The position numbers and the translations under genes were made by a program. The notes below the pieces were generated by a model. It was not told where the DNA came from and ran no database searches. It saw nothing but the letters and a program-made list of their open reading frames with translations. Of a stretch of DNA of 64,000 nucleotides, positions 37,291 through 49,070 are shown piece after piece; position 1 is the first letter of the stretch; each line of letters starts with the position of its first letter. The stretch covers positions 54,562,001-54,626,000 of the forward strand of contig NC_087437.1 of assembly GCF_036321535.1 (NCBI RefSeq), written 5' to 3'. This DNA is from Camelus dromedarius. Lineage: Eukaryota.

Positions 37291-39072
37291 CACCTTCATT
37301 CGAGTGTAATGAGGTCATTCTTACCAAGCTCTATCCAGTTTATACAGAGTTGTAATAAACTTGAAAAGTGCTCCCCATTATTTTTTCTTGTTTCCTTTGG
37401 TTAAAATGTTAGCCATGATTTGATATTAACTTGTTTCTCCCCAAGTATAAGCAGCAATGAATCCTTAACACTTTCTGTTAAAACAGCATGTGTTTTTTAA
37501 AAAAATCAAATGTCAAATTATTTCCTGAAACTCGCTTTAATGAACAAGAGAGGTGAAGGTAAAATCCCCTCCTCTTTTTTTTTTTTGTCATGAGGTAATT
37601 AGGAAACAGGATGTACCAAGTCACTATAGGAATTTAAAAAGGAACACTTGTACTGATGTACAAACTGGATGAATATATTAAAGAGAGTTTAGGGCTGGTA
37701 GAAATTTTAAGTGAAATAAATTCTCATGAAGTGTATCAATGGTTTTTGGTTTGCCCAAAAACCTAATATGTTGTATGAGTTGGATGCCAGAAAGGTATAC
37801 ATCTCAACAGTCCAAAAAACAGAAGCATGAGCTAGGCTTCTTGTTTTGATTCCAAAATGCCTCTATCTGGGAGCTTAAGTGTGTCCTTAGAATACAGGAC
37901 AGAGGAATGGAAGATGCTCTTGAGCCTCTTAATGACTAGGAGTCAACTCTATGCTCGCTTAGTGGGTGGGAAGGACTTTCTCTTTGGCAAATGTCTTTGA
38001 ATCCCTTACTCACATGGTACCAGATAAGCCCAGTGTTGTGTTATTAGACTCGTGTACCAGAGTATGGGTTAGATCCCATGTGTTTAGAAGCCTAATTATT
38101 GCCTTCACAGCACACGGTTTCTTAGGTGGCTGCTTCTGAGTGGAATGCCAGCTTCCTGACAGTGTCTTGAAAAGCCTCTTTAGAAGGAAGCAGAAAGTGC
38201 CTTGGTTTGGATCAATGACCCCCTTGAGACTTACCATCTTTGATGGTTGCTTTTTTGGTCTACATCATCAGGTGATGTTACTCATGGGGGTGCTGATGTT
38301 GGCTCTGATTTTTCCTCCAGAAACAGATCAGTTTGTGCTTTTTCAGGACATGGATAGCTATGAATTCTCTATCTCAACAAAAGTCTATGCACCATCTATG
38401 ACCGTCATGTAATAATTGGCTCCCACTTTACAAATAAGGTTGGGAATGAATTCACCAGCATGGAAAATGAGATGTAAGAAGCTAGGGGTTTCCATCTCTG
38501 AGTTTCTCTCACACCCTTAATTCTGTGAATCTGGCAGTGATTTATTTGTCCTGTGTGTATTCGCTTGGTCTCTTCTGTTAGATTTTGAACCCCTGTAGGG
38601 CAGATGTCGTGTCTCATTAATCATCATGATAGTGCCTGGCACATAGTAGGTGCTTATTACTAAATAGCTGGGTCCCATGTTAAGAAGCTGAACCAGGTGG
38701 TTTTCCTAGAGAGAGAAGTGGTTGCTTGTGTTGTTCCATCGGTGCATTTCCAGCGAGGCTGGGCACCTTGGGGAAGGCAGACACGCAAGACCTACGGCTC
38801 CTTCCTTAGGGAGCCACCGTCTAGCTGTAGCATGTCACTGACAGCTCTTTGTATTCAGTGAAACCACACATGGATGGGTCATCCTGATGACTTTTAATTT
38901 TAGAAAGGCTTCGGCTGCTAGGCTCTGTCACCTGCTTCCACATTTGTGAAGCCCCCACCACAGCACCAGTTACTTTCCATGTCTAATGGTGTAATCGTGA
39001 CTGGATTTGCCCATTATCTGCCAAACTGAGTGTGAAATAATCTGCTGTTCTTTGGTAGATGTATTTTATTTT

Positions 39073-39281
39073 AATTTAAAGCATAGTTGATTTACAATGT
39101 TGTGTTAGTTTCTGGTGTACAAAAAATAGAGATGAACTTATTTACAAAACAGAAACAGACTCACAGACAGGGAAAGCAAACTTATGGTTCCAAAGAGGAA
39201 AGGGGGTGGGGGTGGGGAGGATAAATTAGGAGTATGGCATTAGGAGATACAAACTACTGTATATAAAATACATAAATAACA
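39073..39281 (-). mobile_element. Lineage-specific L1 insertion with 5' inversion
   Basis: Antisense L1 tail 39073-39120 is joined to a sense upstream L1 3'UTR segment 39121-39281. TSD tggtagat(g/c)tattttatttt at 39053-39072 and 39282-39301. Confidence 0.85.
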
Positions 39282-39324
39282 TGGTAGATCTATTTTATTT
39301 TGAAAAGGTGAATTGTGGAATGGA

Positions 39325-39708
39325 GAAGCAAAATTTGGTATATCCATAGAATGGAGTATTATTCAGCAATGAAAAGGAGTACAGAACTGATATATGCTAC
39401 AACATGAATGGATCTTGAAACTGTTACGGTAACTAAAGGAAGCTAGTTATAAGAGGCCACATGCTCTGTGATTCCATTTATATGAAAAGTCCACAACAGG
39501 AAAATCCGTCGAGTCCATAAAGACAGCAGATTAGTGGTTGCTGGCAGAGGTAGGATGGGGGTTTCTTTTGGAGCCAGTGAAAGTGTTCTTAAAGTAGATT
39601 GTGGCAATGGCTGCACAACTCTGTGAATACACTAAAAACTGAATTGTAGGCTTTAAATGGGTGAATTATATAGGGTGTGAATCATATCTCAATAAAGCTG
39701 TTAAAAAA
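39325..39708 (+). mobile_element. Ancient L1MB-type 3' end
   Basis: 'tggtatatccatagaatggagtattattcagcaatgaaaagg...atgctacaacatgaatggatcttgaaa...tgcacaactctgtgaatacactaaaaac...atctcaataaagctgttaaaaaaa'. Confidence 0.85.
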
Positions 39709-40301
39709 ATCAGTACATTGCCTTTCAATCTATCATCTCTGAAGGTGGCTTCAGCAAATCAAATTGTCTGTAGTGCCAGGTTTTTAACTCACCTTGGTTT
39801 ATTTTGGGCTAAGAAGTCATGCATACTCAACAACGGTGACCATTCCTAAGGACAAATTGGTAATACAACCAGAGCCACCAGACTTGAAATCTATTTCCCC
39901 GTAACTTCATGTACCATCTTTTCAGGAGCTTTAATATTTTATACTTCCAGAAATCTTGATTAGTGAGATATCTGATAAGAAATAACAGGGTACTGACAGC
40001 CCTGATTGTATAAACAGGCGTTTGGGATTGTGTTCATGGTTTGCTTGTCAGTACAAGACAAATGTGTGATTATTTTGAATGATGGTTAATTTCCTTATCC
40101 ACCTATTTGAAAAATACAGATGTACGGCTGAGAGACAGGTGCCCAGGGAGAAAAGGAGTCCTGCAGCTTTGGTAACGAGCTCCAGAAGGGAGCAAGTCTG
40201 TGTTGAGGAGTTGGCACTTGAGTCCTGGCCGGTATCAGGCAATAGCCGGTGAGTTAGGGAACTGTGGCCAGTACCATACAATGGACTTATCATTCATTCT
40301 T

Positions 40302-40395
40302 TTTTTGCTTTTTGGTATGGAGGTACTGGGGATTGAGCCCAGGACCTTGCACATGCCAAGCACATGCTCTACCACTGAGCTCTACTTCTGGCCCC
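40302..40395 (-). mobile_element. Camelid tRNA-derived SINE (Vic-1 type)
   Basis: 'ggaggtactggggattgagcccaggaccttgcacatgccaagcacatgctctaccactgagct'. Degenerate TSD tatcattcattctt (40288-40301) / tgtcatttactctt (40396-40409). Confidence 0.85.
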
Positions 40396-41792
40396 TGTCA
40401 TTTACTCTTGCTTTGGGCTTATCTGGACAGCTTCCCCCCTCCTCCTTCCAGATCGTTGTCCCACCCTCTCTGACTGACTGACTGTGTCAACAGTGGGACA
40501 AGAGCAGCCAGGGGCTGTGTGTGGAGGCTGGGAGAAGGCTGTGCTTTCTGGTTTGTGTGTGAACAGTTCATACACAAACACTCCTCTTTGATTAAGTATC
40601 TGGTGAAACCAACTCACATGAACTCCAATTAAACTTTAATGAACATGTGGGTGTATTAATATCAGCTGAGTAATGCAGGCAGCACGGATTCCAGTAAGTG
40701 ACTCACTTCCCTGAGCAGCTCATTCCCCATGCACGGTTAGAGTTACTAGAAAGCTTCCAGCTATATTTGAGTGGATCTGGTCTGGGCCTTGTAACTCTAG
40801 CAATCCTCGGGGCTGGTTATTCATCTAGTGACAAAACCACAGGGATCCAGACCTCTGTTTTCAGAGCAAGGATTGGGGTTGGGGAGACTTTTTCATGTTG
40901 AGCAATTAGACCCTTCACGGAGCAGTGACCATAAGGACTTTTTGTTTTTTCTCCATCATCTTCTTTTTTTTTTAAAGTGAGATTTTTGTTTTTTTTCCTT
41001 AAACCTAGGGGCAAGTGTAGGTGAAGGTCAAGGTAGTGAAGTGGAACCCTCCCCTCCATTTTGAACTGAACTGAGTCCCCCTGAGTCTTACTTCCCCTCC
41101 CCAACTGCTCTTCTGCCCCAGATTGACAAGCCACCCATAGTTACACCAGACACTGCACCATGAGCTTAGCAGGATGAGCTGTGCTTTCTGAGCACAGACC
41201 CTGTTCTTTCTGGAGAATGATAACTGTACCTACTTCCTAGGGACAATTAAAGAAGGTAATGGATACAATGCTCTTAGTTGCATGCCTGGTGCATAATAAG
41301 TTCTCAATAAATGTCAGTTAACCCGTGCCAATGAGGGAAGGAGGGGAAGGTATGGAGATGATTGGGGCTTAGTCCTTGACAGTGAAGGAACTAAGACTCC
41401 CAGAGATTTGACTTACACTTAGAGACGTCTGTGATTACAAAGCGATACAGACCAAGAGAAAATGAGCAGTGAGGATTCATGGAAGGGAGAGACCACCAGG
41501 GCTGGCTGCATCTGAGAGGGTTGGGTGATCCTGGCCTGGGAATCAGGGTCGGGCGAGGGTAGGACTTGGAAAGGCTGTTGGAGGATGAACGAAGAGCAGG
41601 AGCAAAGGCTGAATCCCTGAGGTCCCTGCGTGCGAGGTAGGGTATGGTAAGTGTCCTTAGACGAGATGCTGTGTCGGGGCTTGAGGGGGTTCACTGGGAC
41701 TGAACTCAGCCTCCACCTTGGCTCCCAAGCCTTCATTCCAGCTCCCTTTGCTCTTCTGCCTCCTTTTGTGTTCATCTGGAAACCAGTTGAAA

Positions 41793-42304
41793 CTCAGCCA
41801 TAAAGAAGAATGAAATAATGCCATTTGTAGCAATGTGGGTGGACCTAGAGATTATTGTACTAAGTGAGTAAGTCAGATGGAGAAAGACAAATATCATATG
41901 ATATCACTTATATGTGGCATCTTAAAAAAAATGACACAAATGAACTTATTTATAAAGAAGACTCACAGACATAGAAAACAAACTTAAGGTTACCAAAGGG
42001 GAAGAGGGAGAGGGATGGATTAGGAGTTTGGGATTAGCAGATACTAACCTGTATATATAAAATAGATAAACAACAAGGTCCTACTGTATAGCATAGGGAA
42101 CTATATTCAATAGCTTGTAGTGACCTGTAATGAAAGAGAATATGAAAAGGAATACACACACACACACACACACACAGACACGCACCCACACAGACACACA
42201 CCCACACATACACACACACAAAACGGAATCACTATGCTGTATACCAGAAATTAACACAACATTGTAAATCAGCTATACTTCAATAAAAAAATAAAATCAA
42301 ATAA
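41793..42304 (+). mobile_element. Lineage-specific (cetartiodactyl-type) L1 3' end, about 510 nt
   Basis: 'ctcagccataaagaagaatgaaataatgccatttgtagcaa...' through 'aacacaacattgtaaatcagctatacttcaataaaaaa', with an internal (CA)n. Perfect 13-nt TSD aaaccagttgaaa at 41780-41792 and 42305-42317. Confidence 0.92.
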
Positions 42305-43358
42305 AAACCAGTTGAAAGTAATGCAGCAGTCAGGCATCTGGAGGTCAAGATCTGGATGCAGAATGGGCTTTAGGCCTAGTAGCTCTGTGGGCTTGTTAAC
42401 ACAGCATCCTTGAATCGCAGTCACCCTCTTCCTCTCAGATGACTTCCACGTGTGACGACTCCCCGCTAGGGGACCGGGCCTGTAAATCCCTACCCTTGAG
42501 GAGCAGGGAGGGTGTGCTTCCAGCAGTCGGGCACGTCCCAAGACTGCGAGGAGGGGGCTGAGTTGCACCTGCCTGATTCCTTCTCCAGATTCAGTGATTA
42601 GATAACTTGCCCCCTTCTTCTCTATGGACGAGGGTGGGTGGAGGGAGGCTAACATGAAAAAGTAAAAAAGGTAAAAAAGAGATGTTCTGCCATCCCCAGG
42701 TTCCTCACCTCCCACTCTCACCCAAATCCCAACACGGTTTTTTTCAGGGGCAGCAGTGGCAGGCTAGAAGGTAGGAGAGAGCTGCACTGTGATGTGAGGG
42801 ACGGTTTTCTGAGCAGAGGATGATGTAACGTGGTCTGTCATTCAGGCTGGCTAATCTATTTAGGAAACAGTCCTTCTAAGTTGAAGGACACACTTAGAGA
42901 ACTCAAACTAGAGTAAACAGATCTCCTGTAATGCTCTCAAGGTCTGTGGTCTAGCAGCATGGAATCAGCCCCCATTTCAGAAACAGCAGCCTTTCTCTGT
43001 GTTAACTGCAGATCTCATAAGTGACTATCGGACTCTTTGCTTCCCTCCGAGACTTCTTTTCAGAGAATGTCATAAGATAAAGAAATCCACAGGGTAAAGG
43101 CGTAACTTCCGTAACAATAACAGGAGTGGGAGAATCTAATCAAGTAGATGAATTCCATATTTGGAATTTTGGATAAAGCAGAAGAGAATCTTGCAAATCA
43201 GGGTTTGACTAGGTTGATGATGCAAATTAGGAACTGTATGTTACTTAGAGAAAACAGAGGAATGCATATTAGGTTTTAAATATGTTAAGTCCTTAGTTTA
43301 TTTAGCAGTCAGAGCTAGGCATTTCATTATTTGGCAACTGCCTAGTGTATTGTTTCTT

Positions 43359-43451
43359 CTTCTTTTTTTTAATGGAGTTACTGGGGATTGAACCTAGGAC
43401 CTCATGCGTGCTAAACATGCACTCTCCCACTGAGCTATACCAACCCCCCTT
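43359..43451 (-). mobile_element. Camelid tRNA-derived SINE (Vic-1 type), adjacent to or inside a MIR
   Basis: 'ggagttactggggattgaacctaggacctcatgcgtgctaaacatgcactctcccactgagctatac'. TSD gtgtatt(g/a)tttctt at 43345-43358 and 43452-43465. MIR core 'cccattttacagatgaaaca' follows. Confidence 0.88.
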
Positions 43452-44249
43452 GTGTATTATTTCTTTTTTTATACTATGGAGAGAAGTCTGTTATTCCCAT
43501 TTTACAGATGAAACAGCAATAGACACATAGGAAGATCATTATCCTGGGACACCTGGACTAGGTTTCATCAGTCAGATTAATCCTTCGCTTTATATGGGGC
43601 TTTCACATTGAAGTGAGACAACAGGATTTGTTTATAGGGATTCATAAGATAAATGAACTGGACTCGGTTTTGACATCCAGAGGGATCAGGGAGATGTAAT
43701 TAGCTAAGCGCTCTACCTTGCCTTGGCTGAAGAGATTTGTCGTAGAACTTTAGCAGCCATGATGGATTATACGTCTTTGATTTGGGGGCCTGTGACAAAT
43801 TCCTTCCAGTTCTGGGTTTATCCGGATCCTGTTGTTGTTACAGCAGTGTTTAAAGAAATGTGCAGAGGATATCTCATCTATTTTTATCTTGTCATTTTTC
43901 AAGATAATAAATTGAATATACTGTATAGATTGATTAATTAGTCTTCTTGAGGTGAATACCTTTTGCAAACCCATCCCTGCAAAACTTAAATCCTGTCCAA
44001 ATTTCCCTGTTTTTCTCACTCCAGGGCTCCTAAGTGGATCCTCTTTTCTGGAGATCTCTGACAGATCAGACTGCTCTTCCCTCGGGGCATCCGTGCCTTG
44101 GGATGCCTGTCTGTTGCTGTCTGGTCCTCCTTTCTTCCCTTTGTCCACCATGAACACAGGTTACCCACTAGCCGCTTGTTCTTCCTGGGGACAGTAGCCT
44201 AGGTACCCCATTGCTTTCCTGAATTTCCACGTTGGTGATTGCTTTGTAT

Positions 44250-44420
44250 AGCAGTAGTTTCTCACCTCAGTTTAAGTATCAGTATCACTTAGGGAAGTCT
44301 TTACCAGGATTCAGATTTGCACTTTGCATTCCTAAATCTCTGGGTGTGGACCTGGGCATTTGCATTTTGAAAATGTTTTTGGGTAATTCCAGTGGATAGT
44401 TAAGTTTGCAATATGGTGTT
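44250..44420. mobile_element. MER5A-like hAT-Charlie MITE
   Basis: 'gcagtagtttctca...atcagtatcacttaggga...atctctgggtgtggacctgggcatttgcatttt...aagtttg'. Confidence 0.6.
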
Positions 44421-45859
44421 CAGTGCTTAGAATTAAAGCTTTTAAAAAGGCATTTAATCCATGGGTTCCAGGATGGGAAGGATATGCTCAGAGCTTAAAA
44501 AGAGAGTCAAAGAAGGTGGAGAGAAAGCTGGATGATGCTACAAGAGAACCAAGGCTCAGTGTCCTGACCACCTACTTCTCTTATTCCCCAGGCTCATTCC
44601 CATAATGAGTATTTATTCTGCCCAGCAGTGCTTTCGTTGTTTCCACACGTATGTGCTATGAACTCTGTTCTAGAAGTTTCCACAGCAGGGAGATTGAGGG
44701 CAGGAATTTTTAGCTCAACCCCACTAAAGATGAGGCCAGTCCTGAGGCTCCGTCTTATTCTAGAGGTTCTGACTTTTCTACAAAAACCCAACTCTCTTCT
44801 TGCCCCCAGGCCCCAGTCAGACCCAGCCTTTTTCTCTGTATATTTCCCACCTAATTAATCTGTCTTCTGCCTTTAGTGATACACCAGATTTTGTCATTTT
44901 CAGTTAATTCTTTAGGAAAAAAGCCCCGAATAGGCAGATTGCGCATTTGCTCGCTGGCCGAGGTGAGGTGGAGGCCAGTGTTTCTTCAGTGGGCATTTGA
45001 CTCTCCTTGGACTTTTTTGAGTGTACTATGTGAAATCAGTGTTCTGACTTTTCAGTCCTACCTTCCCTATTTTAAAACTGCAGAGTTGACCTTACCCTTT
45101 TACTGGGGAGCACCTCGTCAGTAAATTCTAATGGAAAAAACTGTCTGATGAAAGGGGCAGGAGGGTGTAACAGCCCTACTGGTGAGTCATCCCAAGACCA
45201 GCAAGATTTGAGCTGTGGTGCTTCTTCGATGCTGACACTAAACCTCCCCCAGCGTCTGTCGTCTTAAGCAGCTTTCGAATCTTTGTCTCAGATGTCCTTA
45301 TCTAGGTCAGACTGTGTCTTTTTAAAAATTGTGCCTGGATGTCCACTTCATGGATTGGACTGGTCCCGTTAGGATAACTGGCTTTATATGCTTTGAAAAT
45401 AGCAACAGTTGCACTTTTGTCCATCTTGAATAGAGTCTTACCTTCCTACTCTGGGGTGAGGAGCTAAGGAGCCCAGGTGTGCTTCTAGGTGCAGGTTATT
45501 TTTTATAGGATGTTGGTACTTTGGGGTTGGGAGGAAAGAGAAACAATGTTGGAGCCCCTTTAGAAAAAAAGCCGAAGACAAAACTCTTTTCCTGAGATAA
45601 ATGGTCCACTGTGAAGAGAGCGGCAGGGAACCAGGAAACCTTCAGTTGGGTCTGCTCTGTCCCATTTCACTGTATGAACTTGACTGCGCTGTCGATGGGG
45701 ATCTTTGAACTCATTTCTCTGAGGTGTTGAATGGATCAGATGAGTTAATAATGCACATGAAAATACTCTGTAAATGGGACAATGAAACAAACCCTGCCTA
45801 TTTGTTATTTTAGCATAGGTGCTGGACTTTACCCTAAAACAAAATAAGCCTTTCTTTTT

Positions 45860-46430
45860 CAGTTATAAAAGTTCTATGCAGACATTTTAGAAATTTAAAA
45901 TGCACAAACGTATGAAGATAATGAACCCCACCCCAACCCTGTAACCCATCATCCAGAGATAAGCCTTGTTCTGCTTTACACATATAACCACTCTATTCTT
46001 TCTTTATTTTTTTCCTTTCGGTGTGGATTCAGAAAGAACATTTTTGTTCTTAAACTGAAGTATAGTTGGTTTACTTGTCTTATTTTGTCTTATTTTCTGG
46101 TGTACAACATAGTGATTCAGTTATACATATATATATATTCTTTTTCATTATAGCTTATTACAAGTTACTGAATGCAGTTCCCTGTGCTATACAGTAGGAC
46201 CTTGTTTATCTATTCAGTGTATGGTACTTTGTACACTATTCTTTTTTTACAGAGGGGGCACATTATACATATTTAGTTTTATATGTTTTCTTTAACACAA
46301 TACTATAGTGTAAACATTTTCCCACGTCATTAAACATTCTTTAAAAGCACATGTTTTAACCACCACATGATATTGCACTATGTGAGTGGTGCATTCGCAT
46401 CTACTGTGATATTTTTGACTTTTGCTGCCA
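45860..46430 (-). mobile_element. Ancient L1ME 3' end split by a younger L1 (about 46002-46235)
   Basis: L1ME-like blocks 'cattttagaaatttaaaatgcac...ccatcatccagagata' and 'aacattttcccacgtcattaaacattct' flank 'actgaagtatagttggtttac...gttccctgtgctatacagtaggaccttg'. Confidence 0.7.
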
Positions 46431-48662
46431 TGATTAAGTGCTGAATTTTTATGAAGGAAACTTGCTTTGAAACAAGGCAGGGGCTCTTGACACTGTTGTC
46501 ACAGCAAACGAGTTTGACACATTTCATTTCTTACATTAAGATACACTGGAGTTGAGCAGTACTTTTAGTTAAAATCTCATTTTAAAGGTAAAGTTACACC
46601 ATAGGATTGTTAATTTAGAGAATATCCTGATGGTAACAAAATCCATTAGGCCAAGTTCTCTTAATTAACATAACGTTAATTAGAGAAACACTGAAACATA
46701 GTACAGGTAGTTTCATGAATGTCCTGCGTTAGATAAGTTGCTTTATGCCTCTGGAAGACTTTTTGTTTTCTCTTATTAGGAGGATGTGGTAAATTTGTTT
46801 TGCCCAGAGGGTGCATTTTCCATTGCTGGGCGTGTGCATAATGCTGCAGTTACCACACTTTTGGATGTGATGATGTAATGATGAAGAAAGACCACTGGGT
46901 ATTTTTTAAAATGGAGATGTGAGGAGCAGTGGGCTAAAGAGGGAACTGTGTTATTTCAATCCCGAGAGTGATCTTTTTGTCACGGATTTATCTCTTTGCC
47001 TCTCTACGCATTCTGATGTGTCTGCTTAGCATCCTGCCATCTACATTTGCCTGAATTCCATTCCCCTTTGTGTCCACGCCCCCACCCATCCGTCCTCCCC
47101 GTATCCATCCAATCATCCATCCCTGGCCATTCTAACCCTTCCTCTCATTTATCTCCCTCCATCTTCATCACTCATCCATATGTATCTGTAAGGTGCATGG
47201 ACACTATTTTGATGGAAGCATATGCATTTCTTTGTTTCATTTTACAGAGGGGAGCACAGGAACCAAAAGGCACAAGAACCAGAAAGTGAAAATGACTAGA
47301 ACACGATCATCTTCGTTTCACCTTGAATGCGGGGGGATGTTCAAACTGACCCGATTACTTCTTCTTTGATGCTCATCAGGATGTTCTTAGTATATTGCAT
47401 TTTGGGGAATGTTGTGAAAACTAATATTTTGCTAAAGATCAGTCACCAGGAGATAGACTAAACAAGCACTATTATATAGCTCTGAGTGGTAAGCTCAGAA
47501 GGGAAGAGAATTTTCTTGCGTTTGAACTAAGAAAGAGTCAAGGGTGTACAAATGACACCTTTCCAAATTTATTGACTTAAGAATATATTGTTACATTTTC
47601 AGGGAATTCCTATATATCAAACAAGGGTATTTTTGAGGTATAGAGACCTGTGTTTCACTTGTTATTGGATAAAATAGAAAGAGAGGAACCAACTGTTACT
47701 GAAAACCTATTTTCTTCTGACTCTGAGAAAGCTACTTTGCACTTAACGATCTTCTTAATTCTCACATCAGCCCTGTGATGTAATTTGTGTCATTCCCATT
47801 CAGTAGATAAGCAGAGACTCAAAGAGGCTCAACAATTTCCCCAAGTTTCCATGGTTAACGGGTGGCACAGCTTTCTTGGAATCAAGACTTGTTTGACTCT
47901 AAAACTGTTACTCTTTGCAGTAAACCATACTGACCCTGTGCTGAAGACTTGTAAAACTGTAGCTGTGTATCAGCTCTCTACTTTAAATTTTATAGTAACT
48001 CAGGCCCTGCAAGGGATCCTGCAATTTTCAACTCCTTTCTTGAAAGATGAGAGGGTTACATATGAACATGGTAATGAAGACACTTCTTAGGAGATGAATG
48101 TAAGACTGAATCTATAAACTTGACTTTGGTATTTGACAGAATGGGGTTTTCCTCATGTGCAGCTGTGTGTTTGTGTTTGACTTAATCTGAGTCTTATTAG
48201 TCAGCTTGATCCAAAAGACACAGAGTTCCCCTCCACAAGGTGCATCTTAGGATGGCTGACAAACCAATGAAATACAATAACAACTCTCCTCAGACTTTTG
48301 TAAGCTCTGGAAAGCCAGAAGACACAGCTATTGTCATTTATTTTGCCAGACTAGCTGTTATGAACAAAAAGAGGCCTGAAATAGTCATGACTTTTGAAGA
48401 CACAGCATATTCATTCAGTTCTTAAGTTTTGCAGAGATTTGAAAACTTGTCCCCTCTCTTTTTATCATGCTGAACTGTAACATTGCTAGTAACTTTCTGG
48501 AAATCAGTTTTGTCATAACTGAACAAAAATAGAGACTGGGTAAAAGAGACTCTGCCTTGTGTGATTTTAGTTTTACTTTCCATCTTTATTTTATTATCTT
48601 AGTATTTATTAATTGCTTACTGTCTACCAGGCACTGTGCTGTGTGGGAAGGATATACTGGAA

Positions 48663-48892
48663 CAGGGGTCAGCAAACTTTTCTGTAAAGGGACAGATGGC
48701 AAATATTTTAGCCCTGTGGTCCATAAGGTCCAATTGCAGTTACTCATTCTGCTCTCAGACAATACATAAAATACTCAACAGTGCCATAGACAACACGTGA
48801 ACAATTGAATGTGGCCATGTTTCAATCAGACTTTTTACAAAGACATGCAGTGAGTCAGGTTTGGTCTGTGGGCCACAGTTTGCCAACTCTGG
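48663..48892 (+). mobile_element. MER58A hAT-Charlie MITE, full length, with 8-bp TSD
   Basis: Termini caggggtcagcaaact / agtttgccaactctg(g). Flanks tactggaa (48655-48662) and tactagaa (48893-48900) match at 7/8, the TSD length expected for hAT elements. Confidence 0.85.
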
Positions 48893-48899
48893 TACTAGA

Positions 48900-49070
48900 A
48901 TGCCCATGAAAGAGTGAACTCTGTCTTGTTCATGGCTGTGTCACTAGGGCCTAGAACAGTGCCTGGTGTGTGGTAGATGCTCAATAAATATTTGTTGAAT
49001 AAATGAACTAATGACTGAATGAAAAGAATGAATCATTCATTAGTTTATTTATCCAACAAATATTTTGAAT
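48900..49070. mobile_element. Two L2 3' tails in tail-to-tail orientation
   Basis: Plus copy 'cctagaacagtgcctggtgtgtggtagatgctcaataaatatttgttgaataaatgaa' is followed by minus copy 'tcattcattagtttatttatccaacaaatattt'. Confidence 0.8.

Noticed and set aside
46865..47020. Box C-like RTGATGA motifs (also near 6784)
   Set aside because: There is no suitably spaced box D with a terminal stem, so no support for a C/D snoRNA.
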